Source: Candidatus Micrarchaeota archaeon (lineage in GTDB: Archaea > Micrarchaeota > Micrarchaeia > Norongarragalinales > SBBD01). Taken from it: 64,000 bases of DNA. This document shows, one piece after another, positions 48,943 through 59,065 of this stretch (its first letter is position 1; every line of letters starts with the position of its first letter). Both the position numbers and the translations under genes were made by a program. Below the pieces are notes generated by a model. It was not told the origin of the DNA and made no database searches. It worked only from the letters and a program-made list of their open reading frames with translations. The stretch spans positions 64,001 through 128,000 of the forward strand of contig JAHJQN010000008.1 of NCBI GenBank assembly GCA_018819225.1. The letters are read 5' to 3'.

Positions 48943-49500
48943 CTATTTGAGCATCTCGCTGCGCGCGTGCTCCACTTGAGAACGCACCATGTCTTGTTTG
49001 TGCTTCAACGCTCCGACTAACGAAGCGGAATACTTGAGCACCATCAAATTGTCGTAAAGCTCGTTCATTTTCTCGAAATAGTATTCGGCATCCTCTTTCC
49101 GGTTCGCACGCAACGCCAATTGCAGCGCCCGACGCAATTCACCCACCACATCCGCCAATCCCGAGAGCCACGGCTTGAAATCGACGTTCAGATCCGTGTA
49201 ATCCGGAATCGGTTGCTTCTTGTAAATCGCATTCAACACCTTAATCTCCACGACCTCTTGATACGCCTGCTGTGAAATGTGCTCAAAATCACGATCGACG
49301 TTTTTCATGGCCGCCACCTTGACATCGATTTGAGGCAGAAGTTCCTCGCACGCCTTGAAGTCGCCTACGTGAAGATATTTGATGGCTTTCGCGCAATCCC
49401 GAATGATTTCACGATTCGCGCGAAGCACGTTCTCTTGCCGCGACTCCTTTTCAGACAGCTGCGCATCAATGACTTGCATCGCCCGATCCAATTTACTCAT
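48943..49500 (-). CDS. Translin/Trax family protein
   Basis: REIIR.C..AI..LH, QEVVE, GLADVVGELRR, LKHKQD. Confidence 0.85.
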   Translation of the reverse strand: MSKLDRAMQVIDAQLSEKESRQENVLRANREIIRDCAKAIKYLHVGDFKACEELLPQIDVKVAAMKNVDRDFEHISQQAYQEVVEIKVLNAIYKKQPIPDYTDLNVDFKPWLSGLADVVGELRRALQLALRANRKEDAEYYFEKMNELYDNLMVLKYSASLVGALKHKQDMVRSQVEHARSEMLK

Positions 49501-49624
49501 CGTATACCCTCTCGAAATAAACAGCAGCATATAACTACAGAGGCTCGCGCTTTAATTCTTTTTGCTAAACGAATCCAGGAAAATGATAAGCCGTTTATAA
49601 ACGTTGACACGCAAAGAAAACCGT

Positions 49625-50266
49625 ATGAAGCGCCTCCTCCGCTTTTTTATTCCAAAAGAAGAAAAATTCTACGATATGCTCATCGGGCAGTCAAGAACCA
49701 GCCTGCAAGCCGTCCACGAACTCCATGCCCTCGTCAAGGAATACAACCGCCTGAACGCCAGCGAAAAGAAAGACCGCATCAAAAAAATCCACGCGTTGGA
49801 AAATCAATGCGACCACCAAACGCACGCGATCATTGACACGCTTCACACCTCGTTCATCACGCCCATCGACCGAGAGGACATCCACGAACTCGCCCAGTTG
49901 CTCGACGATCAAATCGATCATATGGATCGGCTGGCCAAAAAACTGGAACGATTCCACGTGAACAAAGTGCCGGAAACGTTTGTAGCCCTCGTGACGATTT
50001 CAGAACGGTGCGTAAGACAGTCTCACGAAGCCGTGACCCATCTGCGTAAACAAAACCACATCAAGCCCCACCTCATCAAAATTCACGACCTGGAAGAGGA
50101 AGCGGATACCCTATTCGGAGAAGCGATTCAAGACTTGTTTGAAAACGGTAATGATCCGCTGGAGGTCATTAAATTGAAAGACTTGTACGAGAATGCCGAA
50201 GCCATTGCCAACAACTGTCAAGCCGTCGGCATCCTCATCGAAGGCATTGTGGTCAAGCATGCTTGA
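49625..50266 (+). CDS. DUF47/PhoU-like phosphate transport regulator
   Basis: LENQCD, FITPIDREDI, LEEEAD; overlaps the PiT start. Confidence 0.92.
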   Translation: MKRLLRFFIPKEEKFYDMLIGQSRTSLQAVHELHALVKEYNRLNASEKKDRIKKIHALENQCDHQTHAIIDTLHTSFITPIDREDIHELAQLLDDQIDHMDRLAKKLERFHVNKVPETFVALVTISERCVRQSHEAVTHLRKQNHIKPHLIKIHDLEEEADTLFGEAIQDLFENGNDPLEVIKLKDLYENAEAIANNCQAVGILIEGIVVKHA

Positions 50267-51260
50267 TCCATTTACGTTAGTCATCATCGGCATCGTCATC
50301 GCTCTCGCCTTCGATTTTGGGAACGGATTTAACGATGCGGCGAACGCCATTTCCACCATCGTCGCCACCGGCGTACTGACGTTACCCCAAGCCGTCATGC
50401 TCTCCGCCTTCTTTAATTTCGTTGCCGCCTTCGTTTTTACGACGGCAGTTGCCACCACGATTGGAAGCGGCATGATTCAGCCCGAAGTAGTGACCCCCGC
50501 CATGATTATCGCCGGACTCATCGGCGCCATCATCTGGGTATACGGAGCATCCTTTCTCGGCATCCCCGTATCCGCCAGCCACGCCCTCATCGGAGGATAC
50601 ATTGGAGCCGCCATTTCCGGAGCGGGTTTTTCCAGCATCATCTCCGACGGCATTCTGCTCATCCTCGCCTTCATATTTATTGCCCCCGTATTAGGCATGA
50701 TCAGCGCCTTCCTATTCAGTGCACTGGTATACCGAATCGTACGACATTCATCGCCCCATAGCGTGAACGAACACTTCAAGAAACTGCAACTCGTGTCCGC
50801 CTCCATTTACAGTTTGGGGCATGGAACCAACGACGCACAAAAAACCATGGGCATCATCTCCATCCTGTTGTTTAGCGGAGGGTGGCTGGGAGAAACGTTT
50901 TACGTTCCGTTCTGGGTCATCATCCTGTCGCATACGACCATCGCCCTCGGAACCATAGCGGGCGGATGGAAAGTGATTCGAACGTTGGGCATGCGCATTA
51001 CGCGTCTGCGACCGTTTCATGGATTCTGTGCGGAAACCTCGGGAGCCGGAGTCATTATCGGGAGCACCCTCCTCGGCATCCCGGTCAGCACCACTCACGT
51101 CATATCCGGGGCCATAGCCGGCGTAGGGGTTACGAGACGCGTCTCAGCCGTCCGGTGGAAACTGGCGCTAAAAATCGTGATGGCATGGATCCTAACCCTA
51201 CCCGTAACCGCCATCGTCGGCGGCATCGCTTATTTTGGAGTCAAAGCGCTCGTAGGCTAG
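50259..51260 (+). CDS. Inorganic phosphate transporter (PiT)
   Basis: NGFNDAANAI, HGTNDAQK, GIPVSTTH. Confidence 0.95.
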   Translation: MLDPFTLVIIGIVIALAFDFGNGFNDAANAISTIVATGVLTLPQAVMLSAFFNFVAAFVFTTAVATTIGSGMIQPEVVTPAMIIAGLIGAIIWVYGASFLGIPVSASHALIGGYIGAAISGAGFSSIISDGILLILAFIFIAPVLGMISAFLFSALVYRIVRHSSPHSVNEHFKKLQLVSASIYSLGHGTNDAQKTMGIISILLFSGGWLGETFYVPFWVIILSHTTIALGTIAGGWKVIRTLGMRITRLRPFHGFCAETSGAGVIIGSTLLGIPVSTTHVISGAIAGVGVTRRVSAVRWKLALKIVMAWILTLPVTAIVGGIAYFGVKALVG

Positions 51261-51318
51261 TTCAGAGAAACGTTAAAAACCTCGCCGACCTAACGAAATG
51301 ACAAGAATGGGATGATTT

Positions 51319-52014
51319 ATGCGCACCGTCGTCATATCTTTGGGAGGCAGTACGCTGTTCGAAAGCGGATGCGTGGATACCGCGTTCGTGAAGGATATTT
51401 GCAGGCTACTCGTCACGCTGAAAGATAAAGCGCGAATCGCCGTCGTGGTAGGCGGAGGACGGTATGCGCGGGATTATGCCACCGCGATCCGGAACGCCAG
51501 CGGAAACGAGTTCTTAGCCGATCGAGCCGCCATTTTTGCAACCAAAGCCAACGCGACCGTCATTCAAGCCGGGTTAGGGGATGCCGCTTTCCCCCGCCTC
51601 ATCCAAGTGCTGGATGACGCGGCGATTGCCTTGAACGAGGGAAAAATTGCCGTGGGATGCGGGATACTAGAAGGCGTTTCAACCGATTTCGACAGTATGC
51701 TTCTCGCCGAACGCGTCCAGGCGGATGCCGTCATTAATGCAAGCAACACCGACGGCGTATACTCGGAAGATCCAAAAAAGAACGCGAAGGCCAGCAAGTT
51801 CAAAACGCTTACACACGAACAGCTCGAAACCATGGCGTCGGCGTCCGATACGCGGAAGGCCGGAACGCATTTTCCGTTCGATGTGATTGCCAGCAAGCTG
51901 GCAGCGAGAAGTAAAATGGAGATTCATTTCGTGAAAGGCCGAAACCTCAACGACTTGGAAAAAGCGATTCTCGGCAAGCCCCATTCCGGTACGCTGATCA
52001 AAGAATCAAGTTGA
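51319..52014 (+). CDS. pyrH: UMP kinase
   Basis: SLGGS, VVGGG..AR.Y, STD, DGVYSEDP. Confidence 0.92.
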   Translation: MRTVVISLGGSTLFESGCVDTAFVKDICRLLVTLKDKARIAVVVGGGRYARDYATAIRNASGNEFLADRAAIFATKANATVIQAGLGDAAFPRLIQVLDDAAIALNEGKIAVGCGILEGVSTDFDSMLLAERVQADAVINASNTDGVYSEDPKKNAKASKFKTLTHEQLETMASASDTRKAGTHFPFDVIASKLAARSKMEIHFVKGRNLNDLEKAILGKPHSGTLIKESS

Positions 52015-52021
52015 ACGTCCC

Positions 52022-52894
52022 ATGCCTTGGCTGTTGCTAACCATAGCGTCCGCATTCCTCAAAACGATCACTGAAATCATGCGCAAGCGCTTGCTGTTAA
52101 AAAGAGTCAATGCGTTCAGCGTCGCCTTACTCACGGGAGGGATCGCATCCGTTTTACTCCCGCTAGTATTCTGGAGCCAAGCCGACTTCACCTTTTCCGA
52201 GAAGACCTTTCAACTCCTGATCGTACAAGCCATTCTGAATTGCATCACGTTCTACATCATCCTGGAAGGATTTCGTCGCTGGGATGCGTCACGTGCGTCC
52301 CCCATGGCCAACTTCAGTCCGTTATTCGCCGCGCTCCTGGGTTTCCTGGTTCTCGGAGAAATGCTGTCCATCACGCAATTCGCCGGTATCGGGCTCATCG
52401 TGATCGGTTCCCTCTTCCTTGAAGGACACGGGATCCACTGGCGCAAATGGCTCTCGAAAAGGGAAGATCGGCAAACGTTCCTAATGATTATCGGCGGAGC
52501 CGCGTTATGGTCGGTGCACATGCTCATCGCGAAAATCGTGTTGCAAGAAATCAACGTGTACACGAACGCTATCGTATTTACATGGCTGTATACCGGATTT
52601 TACATCGCGTGGTTGGCGGTCCGCAAACCCTTGCAAGGCAACGTGTTTCAAAGCCTGCGCAAGCACCACAAACAGTTCGTGATACTGGTGATATTCGATT
52701 ACGCGCATTATTTGTTACTATTGGCTGCCCTCGCGATTCCGGGCGCCATGCTGAGTCTCATCGCGCCGATCCACCGAATCAACAGCATTTTTACCGTGCT
52801 GATCGGCGGAAAACTCTTAAAAGAAAAATACGTGCTGAAACGCGCACTCGCAACCGTTATTATGATTGCCGGGGTGTGGTTCATCGCATCTTAA
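52022..52894 (+). CDS. EamA/DMT family transporter
   Basis: About 10 TM in two repeats; VLGE and LLKEK motifs. Confidence 0.88.
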   Translation: MPWLLLTIASAFLKTITEIMRKRLLLKRVNAFSVALLTGGIASVLLPLVFWSQADFTFSEKTFQLLIVQAILNCITFYIILEGFRRWDASRASPMANFSPLFAALLGFLVLGEMLSITQFAGIGLIVIGSLFLEGHGIHWRKWLSKREDRQTFLMIIGGAALWSVHMLIAKIVLQEINVYTNAIVFTWLYTGFYIAWLAVRKPLQGNVFQSLRKHHKQFVILVIFDYAHYLLLLAALAIPGAMLSLIAPIHRINSIFTVLIGGKLLKEKYVLKRALATVIMIAGVWFIAS

Positions 52895-53346
52895 GAAACG
52901 CATACTTCAAGAACCACCCCGGTCCGATCGTCGTGCATGAACGCCAGACGCCGAACGCATGTCCGAGGAATCTCCGTTGTACCCGTTGCACCCCTTTCCG
53001 AGCCCGAAAGCGTTTCAACCACCACGCGCAACGATTGATTGGTTTGAACGGAATGCTGAAGAAACGAAATGGTTTCAGGAGAAAGCGACCCGACCGCCCG
53101 TACATCCAATGCATTGGAAGTCCGAAAACCGTTATCGCAATAAAGCAGCCCTCCTTGCTCGGAACACGTCGATAATAATAAAGAAGCGGATTGGATGGCG
53201 ACGCGTTCCGATTCGCTCAAACCGAGAGTAAAGAGAATATCCGAGACCTCGCGCTGATACGAAATAAATAACACGCTAATCGTTAACACGAGGAGAAGCA
53301 AAGCCACCAGAACATCCGCGGAGAAAAGTCCAGCCATCCAGATCAT
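52891..53346 (-). CDS. Pilin-like hypothetical protein
   Basis: AG-LFSADVLVALLLL N-terminal helix resembling class III signal proteins; Cys-containing soluble domain. Confidence 0.5.
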   Translation of the reverse strand: MIWMAGLFSADVLVALLLLVLTISVLFISYQREVSDILFTLGLSESERVAIQSASLLLSTCSEQGGLLYCDNGFRTSNALDVRAVGSLSPETISFLQHSVQTNQSLRVVVETLSGSERGATGTTEIPRTCVRRLAFMHDDRTGVVLEVCVS

Positions 53347-53433
53347 CCAGAATCATTTCGGGTATTAAAAGGGGATACCTTTAAATACTTAAAATCGCAT
53401 ACCAGCATAAATAAAACGTTCGACCCACAAGCG

Positions 53434-54270
53434 GTGATTTATAATATGTACGGTGGCCCTGCAACTGCGGGAAAAACGCAGCATTTGGAATCTTCGATTC
53501 CGTTGATCCTAATCATAATTCTCGCTATTTTCATCGCCGGAAATTTCGGCTTCATTAACTTCTCCGACGTACCGTTATTAAACCAAGTCTTCGGAGGAAA
53601 AATCATCAAGGTAGGAGTCGTCGGACGCATTACGCCTGAAATGAAGACCATGCTCGTCAGCGAGGAAGCGCGCACCACCGGCATCTATTATGGAACCGGA
53701 GACGGATTGCGCCCCGACCAATTGTTTGGAGGCGTATTGAAACCCTTTGACATCATCATCATGCAAGGCCAGCAAGTCTGCGACCGTTCCGCCCGGAAAA
53801 CGGTTACGGACTGGGTCAAGAGTGGAGGAAAGCTGATCGTGGTTGGAGATGCGTGCACGCGTGTTACCGATGATCCTGCCGCTCTCGGATGGGACGTCGG
53901 AATCGGATTGCTGGGAGATGTCATGCCCGCTCAAATTGGCGGCGTGACTCCGGAACGTGAACCCATCACCACGGGATGCGCATCCGGACGATTCAAGTTC
54001 ATTAACCCCGATCACCCGATCGGTAGCGGAATCAAGAACTTCCAGTTCTCTGGAAGAACCATTAACGTGTTCCCGACCTCGAATTCGCAGCTCATTGCAA
54101 CAATCGATTGCTCGGATACGGGCCGCGTGAGCGCTCCGGCAACGTACGCCATTCTCGAGAGTTCCGGAATCTTGACCGGTAAAGTCGTCTACTTTGCGCA
54201 TGACCCGGGTACGACGTCCAGGAACATGTTCTTGAATACGCTCAAGTACTTGAAGAGCCAGCGCGGTTAG
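53434..54270 (+). CDS. Membrane-anchored protein with class I GATase-like/ThuA-like domain
   Basis: N-terminal TM; FDIIIM, DWVKSGGKLIVVG, DHPI, GKVVYF. Confidence 0.6.
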   Translation: MIYNMYGGPATAGKTQHLESSIPLILIIILAIFIAGNFGFINFSDVPLLNQVFGGKIIKVGVVGRITPEMKTMLVSEEARTTGIYYGTGDGLRPDQLFGGVLKPFDIIIMQGQQVCDRSARKTVTDWVKSGGKLIVVGDACTRVTDDPAALGWDVGIGLLGDVMPAQIGGVTPEREPITTGCASGRFKFINPDHPIGSGIKNFQFSGRTINVFPTSNSQLIATIDCSDTGRVSAPATYAILESSGILTGKVVYFAHDPGTTSRNMFLNTLKYLKSQRG

Positions 54271-54323
54271 AACGCCTGGTTCCCTCTTTATTTTTTATAA
54301 AGAATGAGCGGTCAGCACACCCC

Positions 54324-54860
54324 CTACTTCCGGTAGCCCTGGATGGACGCCTTCTTGCTATGCTTAAAGACTCGTCGCTCCAGAACAATGTTGAGGACGC
54401 GCTCTCCAAACGCCTCGGCACGCACCAAATCCGTGTCGTCAAGTTTCTGGCGAATCAAGCCGTGACGGCGCATACTCAGCGTGTTGACAATGCGCGCGCC
54501 TTTTTCCTCCAAGCGCTCGACCGCCTGCTCCATCCCTTTTTTCTTGGACTCAAACGAGCAATAGATCGCGATCGGAACCCCTTTCCATTCATTACTGGCA
54601 ATGAAATCGAATACGGTTCGACTCTGAGAAAACGATCCGAGCTCAAACCCCAAGAAAACGATGCCGAAACGCGTCAGATCCACGGATAACTTTTCCGGGT
54701 GATGCATACGCCCGAAAAAGGGGAAATTCTTAAGGCGCTTGCGCTCGCCAAGATCCAACAATGAATACTCCACGCCGACTTTCCGACAGCCTTCCTTCAC
54801 GGAAGCAGCCAGACGTCTCGAAAATCCTTCAGGAGAAGCGTACACAATAAGCGCCCGCAT
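54324..54860 (-). CDS. Flavodoxin-like protein
   Basis: ALIVYAS.EG.S..LA, VFLG, RAEAFGE. Confidence 0.7.
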   Translation of the reverse strand: MRALIVYASPEGFSRRLAASVKEGCRKVGVEYSLLDLGERKRLKNFPFFGRMHHPEKLSVDLTRFGIVFLGFELGSFSQSRTVFDFIASNEWKGVPIAIYCSFESKKKGMEQAVERLEEKGARIVNTLSMRRHGLIRQKLDDTDLVRAEAFGERVLNIVLERRVFKHSKKASIQGYRK

Positions 54861-54943
54861 CCCGCGACCACCTTCCATGCTGCAGTACCATATGAACGTA
54901 TATAAACCTAGCGAGCGTATTTACACAAAAATGAGTGATTTTG

Positions 54944-55630
54944 ATGAAGCGGTTTGAAGCCAACGCATTAGGCATCTTGTTTCTCTTGGCAACCAAAGGA
55001 GCCGGCCAATGCGCCTTGAAAATGAGCACGGCTACCCTCGCAACGGAAATTGGGGTCTCCCAGCAAACCGTTTCAAGGTGGCTCATGGAGCTATCTGAAG
55101 AAGGATTCGTGGAAAGGGGATTTAACAACATTCGTCTAACGCCTCACGCAGTAGGGTTTCTGAATGAGAAGCAAGCGATGTTGAAAGAAGTGCTTCACGA
55201 ACAAACCCCATCGGAGTTTCGAGGAAATGTGGTGTCCGGAATGGAGGATGGAAAGTACTATTTATCGCTTCCGGAATACCGGCTACAACTGAAAGAACTG
55301 CTTGGCTACTCCGTGTTTCCAGGGACGTTAAACCTCCGACTCAGCGATTCGCGATCGCAATCTCTTAAACAACGACTCGTTACGCGCAAGGCATTAATCA
55401 TCCAAGATTTTCGTCGGGAAGACCGGTTATTTGGAGGGGCACTGCTATATCCAGCTGAGCTTCACGTACCTAAAAATGGAAGACAAACCGTTTGCGCGAT
55501 CATCGTACCCAAGAAATCACATTATGGACCGGAAGTGCTTGAAATCGTGGCTAAAGAGTACTTGAGAAAAAAACTCCATCTCGTTGAAGGCGATGCCATT
55601 CAAGTGCACACCCTGGAACGAAGCCCTTAA
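54944..55630 (+). CDS. ribK: CTP-dependent riboflavin kinase with N-terminal HTH (RbkR-like)
   Basis: LATEIGVSQQTVSRWL HTH; G.VVSG..DGKYY, FPGTLN, LEIVA...LR. Confidence 0.92.
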   Translation: MKRFEANALGILFLLATKGAGQCALKMSTATLATEIGVSQQTVSRWLMELSEEGFVERGFNNIRLTPHAVGFLNEKQAMLKEVLHEQTPSEFRGNVVSGMEDGKYYLSLPEYRLQLKELLGYSVFPGTLNLRLSDSRSQSLKQRLVTRKALIIQDFRREDRLFGGALLYPAELHVPKNGRQTVCAIIVPKKSHYGPEVLEIVAKEYLRKKLHLVEGDAIQVHTLERSP

Positions 55631-55654
55631 AAGCGTCCGGCCATATAGTTTATT

Positions 55655-55954
55655 GGCAGGTGGTGAGCGTACCGCTGTCCTTATCCCGTTCACGGGAAGA
55701 GGAGGAAGTTCTGTCCGCCCGAGACACGATGTCTTGCAACGTCTGCAATACGGCTTGCTTAAGGCAAACAGTGGGGAGCAGAAACGAGACTCGGCACGTT
55801 GAGCAATGATGCAAAAGAGCTTCGATGCGTGCAAGAGGTGAAACGGCCCCGCTGGCAACAGCGCTTTCAAGCGCTGTGGGCGCAAGAGTTTAAACCGGCT
55901 CGCTCAGATCCATGCGGTAGACAACAAAAGACAGGCTACCACTCGCCGCCTGCC
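55655..55954 (+). ncRNA. rnpB: RNase P RNA
   Basis: P1 GGCAGGTGGTGAG/CTCGCCGCCTGCC, P2 TACCGC/GCGGTA, GAGGAAGTTCTGTC...AACAAAAGACAGGCTA (P4), conserved CAGAAAC and TGAAACGG loops. Confidence 0.93.
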
Positions 55955-55981
55955 CCATTCTTTTTCGCGTGAAAACTCCCC

Positions 55982-57178
55982 ATGAACCTCGCACGCTTAA
56001 TCGCCTTGGTAGTCAAACACTCCAAGTTAACCGATGAAGAAGTGCTGCACAATATTCAAACCAAGCAAAAAGAGTATCAGAACCTCATCAGCGAAGAATC
56101 CGCAGCCGAGCTCCTACTTCAAGATCTCGGCGTATCCGTAAAAGAAGAGGATGCGCCCGTTGAATGGAACACGCTTGAGCAAGTCGCGAAAAGCCAACCG
56201 TCTGAAGCCCATGTGGTGGCGAGGTTGCTGCAAATCTATTCCCCCAAACGCTTTGAAACCAGCTCCCGAAAAGGAATCGTCTGCAACATCGAGATAGCGG
56301 ACGAAAGCGGGAAAGGCACGCTCGTGCTATGGAACGAAGACGTGCGCGTCATGGAAAGACAAAAATGGAAACGAAACGATGTCTGGGAAATGAAGAGATT
56401 GCAACCCCGTAACTTTAATCCATTGGAAGTGCACGCGTCCATGCTCACGGAATTCTCGCGCGTCGGCGAGCGACAACACATTGAAAAAAAAGAAGCCCGC
56501 ACCACCCCCTTTGAATTCCTGCGGGAAGGAACCGAGGTCGATGTGCTGGCACGCGTCGTGGAAATCGGGGCCTTAAAAGAATTTGATAAATCTGGCCGCA
56601 CCGGAAAAGTCGTCAACATAACGCTCTTGGACGATAAAGGAAAAACCGTTCCGGCCGTGCTATGGGACTATTATGCGGAGTACGCGAGTCAATTCCTGAA
56701 CATCGGGGACGCGATTCTCCTGGAAGGATTTCCAGTAAAAAACGGAAGAAACGGCTTGGAGCTGAACGCATCCTGGAAATCGCATTTGGTGCGGGAACCC
56801 TTCGGACATAAACTGAAGGCACGCGAAGCCGTTCTGTCACAACAAGCGCCGAGCGTCACCCTAACGGAACTCGCCCGCGTCCCGCGCGGGGTCATCACCG
56901 CCGAACTGGAACGCATTATTTCGTTCCGAGAAAAAGGGGATTCCATCGAATTGGAAGCGGAATTCAAACAAGACGAGCAAAAAGTGGCGATCGTGTTCCG
57001 GGGAAACGAGGCGTTACAACTGCTGGGTCTTCGCCACGTGCCCACCATTCCTTTGGAAACCATCTTGAAGCTCAAGGAAGCCTATTTAAAAGGAAAAACG
57101 CGTACCGTGGTCATACAAAAAGAAATGATGGCGGATCGCGTGAAACTATTGGCGGAACACGTGATGCGCGCCAACTGA
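55982..57178 (+). CDS. Replication protein A (multi-OB-fold ssDNA-binding protein)
   Basis: Two OB folds with G.V.NI...D..G....LW; LISEESAA N-terminal motif. Confidence 0.82.
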   Translation: MNLARLIALVVKHSKLTDEEVLHNIQTKQKEYQNLISEESAAELLLQDLGVSVKEEDAPVEWNTLEQVAKSQPSEAHVVARLLQIYSPKRFETSSRKGIVCNIEIADESGKGTLVLWNEDVRVMERQKWKRNDVWEMKRLQPRNFNPLEVHASMLTEFSRVGERQHIEKKEARTTPFEFLREGTEVDVLARVVEIGALKEFDKSGRTGKVVNITLLDDKGKTVPAVLWDYYAEYASQFLNIGDAILLEGFPVKNGRNGLELNASWKSHLVREPFGHKLKAREAVLSQQAPSVTLTELARVPRGVITAELERIISFREKGDSIELEAEFKQDEQKVAIVFRGNEALQLLGLRHVPTIPLETILKLKEAYLKGKTRTVVIQKEMMADRVKLLAEHVMRAN

Positions 57179-57188
57179 AGGAATCACC

Positions 57189-58007
57189 ATGAACCGAAAC
57201 GAGATGCTGCAAAAAGCCAAGAAAAAAGTGCAAGCGGATTTATCGCGAAAAGATTTACCCGTTATTCAAGCCGTACGCACGCTCGACGATATCGACTCCG
57301 CTAAAAGCCTGTTGTTTGAACGCCTCAACGAATGGTTCAAACTCAATTTTCCGGATCTCGAAATCCAAAACGAGGAAACGTATTGTAAAGTGGTGGCGGA
57401 GTTCGGCGCCCGAGAAGAATTTGATCTCCTCAAACTGCAGGAAATGGTGGGCGTTAAACGGGCCATCCATTTAATGGAAAAAGCGGAGGCGAGTTACGGG
57501 GCCTCGTTTGATTTACAGGATCGAAAGGCCGTAAAAGCCCTTGCGAGGCGCGTGCTCGGATTATATGAAACGCGAACCGAACTGGAAACGTACATTTCTT
57601 TTGAAGCCGAACGCCTCATGAAAAACATTGCCTACCTCACCGATCCGTTGTTTTCAGCGCGTTTGCTGGCCACCGCTGGAAGCCTGCAGCGCCTTGCGAA
57701 AATGCCGGGAAGCACGATTCAAGTCATCGGAGCCGAGAAAGCCTTGTTCAGGCACTTGCGGAAAGGCAGCCGGCCGCCCAAGCACGGCGTGTTGTTTCAA
57801 ACCGCGTTAATCAGTACGGCACCCCCTGATAAACGAGGCACGTTTGCACGCATTCTCGCATCCAAAATCGCGATCGCAGCCAAAGCGGACTATTATTCCA
57901 AAAACTTTATTGCTCCGCAACTGAAAGAAAAAATGGATGAACGCATCAAAGAAGCGCGTTCCCATCGAAGCAAACCCAAGCCAACGTATCGATCGCAACG
58001 ATTCTAG
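57189..58007 (+). CDS. nop5: Nop5/Nop56 box C/D RNP protein
   Basis: ERLNEWF...FP, LAKMPGSTIQVIGAEKALF, PKHG. Confidence 0.93.
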   Translation: MNRNEMLQKAKKKVQADLSRKDLPVIQAVRTLDDIDSAKSLLFERLNEWFKLNFPDLEIQNEETYCKVVAEFGAREEFDLLKLQEMVGVKRAIHLMEKAEASYGASFDLQDRKAVKALARRVLGLYETRTELETYISFEAERLMKNIAYLTDPLFSARLLATAGSLQRLAKMPGSTIQVIGAEKALFRHLRKGSRPPKHGVLFQTALISTAPPDKRGTFARILASKIAIAAKADYYSKNFIAPQLKEKMDERIKEARSHRSKPKPTYRSQRF

Positions 58008-58445
58008 ACATCGCTCATGCGCTGGCCTTTCAGGACGGAGGCTTGCGCAGCCGCCTCCAAACGACCCGCATTTCGTGCGTGCCGGCGCGCCTGGCGCATC
58101 TTATTCTCCACGTGATGATACGCTTTCAGCGCAGCCGCCAATGCATCGCGTTCATGCGAATTCTTTGGCCGAAATCGCGAGGTCATCTTGTATTTTTCCC
58201 GCAGAGTCAACGATCTTGGAGGGAAAAAAAGGCGGCAGCCGAATGATGCACTCAAACGCTTGGCCAACTTGGAAGGCGGATGCGTATCGCTCGCAATCAG
58301 GATCGGATCAAAATCCGCCATCCACTTCATGAATGATTCGCGGCGCACGTTTCGTTTGCTCCGAAGCGCCTGCAACCGGCCGTCAAAATCGAGTACGGCG
58401 AACGCGACCGTTGCGCCAGCATCCACTCCAACAATAATGAGGCAT
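58004..58445 (-). CDS. DUF460 family (RNase H-like) protein; ATG at 58445 is 1 nt out of frame with the body
   Basis: IIVGVDAG.T.A.AVLDFDG, IASD..PP, HERDALAAA. Confidence 0.8.
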
Positions 58446-58492
58446 CCCCCTCTTACTCAACAGATTGAACGCCCATAGAAAAAGGTATGCTT

Positions 58493-59062
58493 TTACGCAA
58501 AAACCGCGTAAATGGATATGAAATTGAACAGGGCATGCGACAGGATGCAAGGATACAAATTCCGCTCGTTCAAAACGTATGTCCCCAATAAAAGAGCGAT
58601 CCCGAACGCTCCGAACACTTCCACGACCGAACCATAAACCGCGTGAAGCATTCCAAACACCGCCGCAGAAAATAGAACGCCCACTTTTCCCTGCAAATAA
58701 CCTCGAAAAAATACTTCTTCTGCCACCGGAGAGAGCGTAACCGCAATCAAAAGCACGAAGAAAGGTTGAGTTTTAAGCAACGATTCAATGCGATGCAAGT
58801 CTCCGTATCCCACCAAATAAAACAGGAAGGATAAAACGAACGAGATCACCAATAGCGCCAACAGCAAAATGAAGGCGTGGACGAGCATCCGACGCATCAT
58901 GAGAGGGTTCTTCCAATACGAAGGATCCAAATGAATGGCGCGCAACGACGCGTTAATTCGCCGACCCTCCAAAGAGAGCGCCCCGAACGTCGCTAAAAGG
59001 AAAAAAAGGGCCGGGCCAGCGGCCTCCAGAAAACGCGGGAAAGAAAAGAAAAAAAAGTCCAT
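58493..59062 (-). CDS. CPBP/Abi intramembrane glutamic protease
   Basis: EEVFFRG, FGMLH, HALFN. Confidence 0.92.
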   Translation of the reverse strand: MDFFFFSFPRFLEAAGPALFFLLATFGALSLEGRRINASLRAIHLDPSYWKNPLMMRRMLVHAFILLLALLVISFVLSFLFYLVGYGDLHRIESLLKTQPFFVLLIAVTLSPVAEEVFFRGYLQGKVGVLFSAAVFGMLHAVYGSVVEVFGAFGIALLLGTYVLNERNLYPCILSHALFNFISIYAVFA

Positions 59063-59065
59063 AGG

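Noticed and set aside
55517-55885. ORFs 55517..55885(-) and 55584..55802(+)
   Set aside because: They overlap the RNase P RNA.
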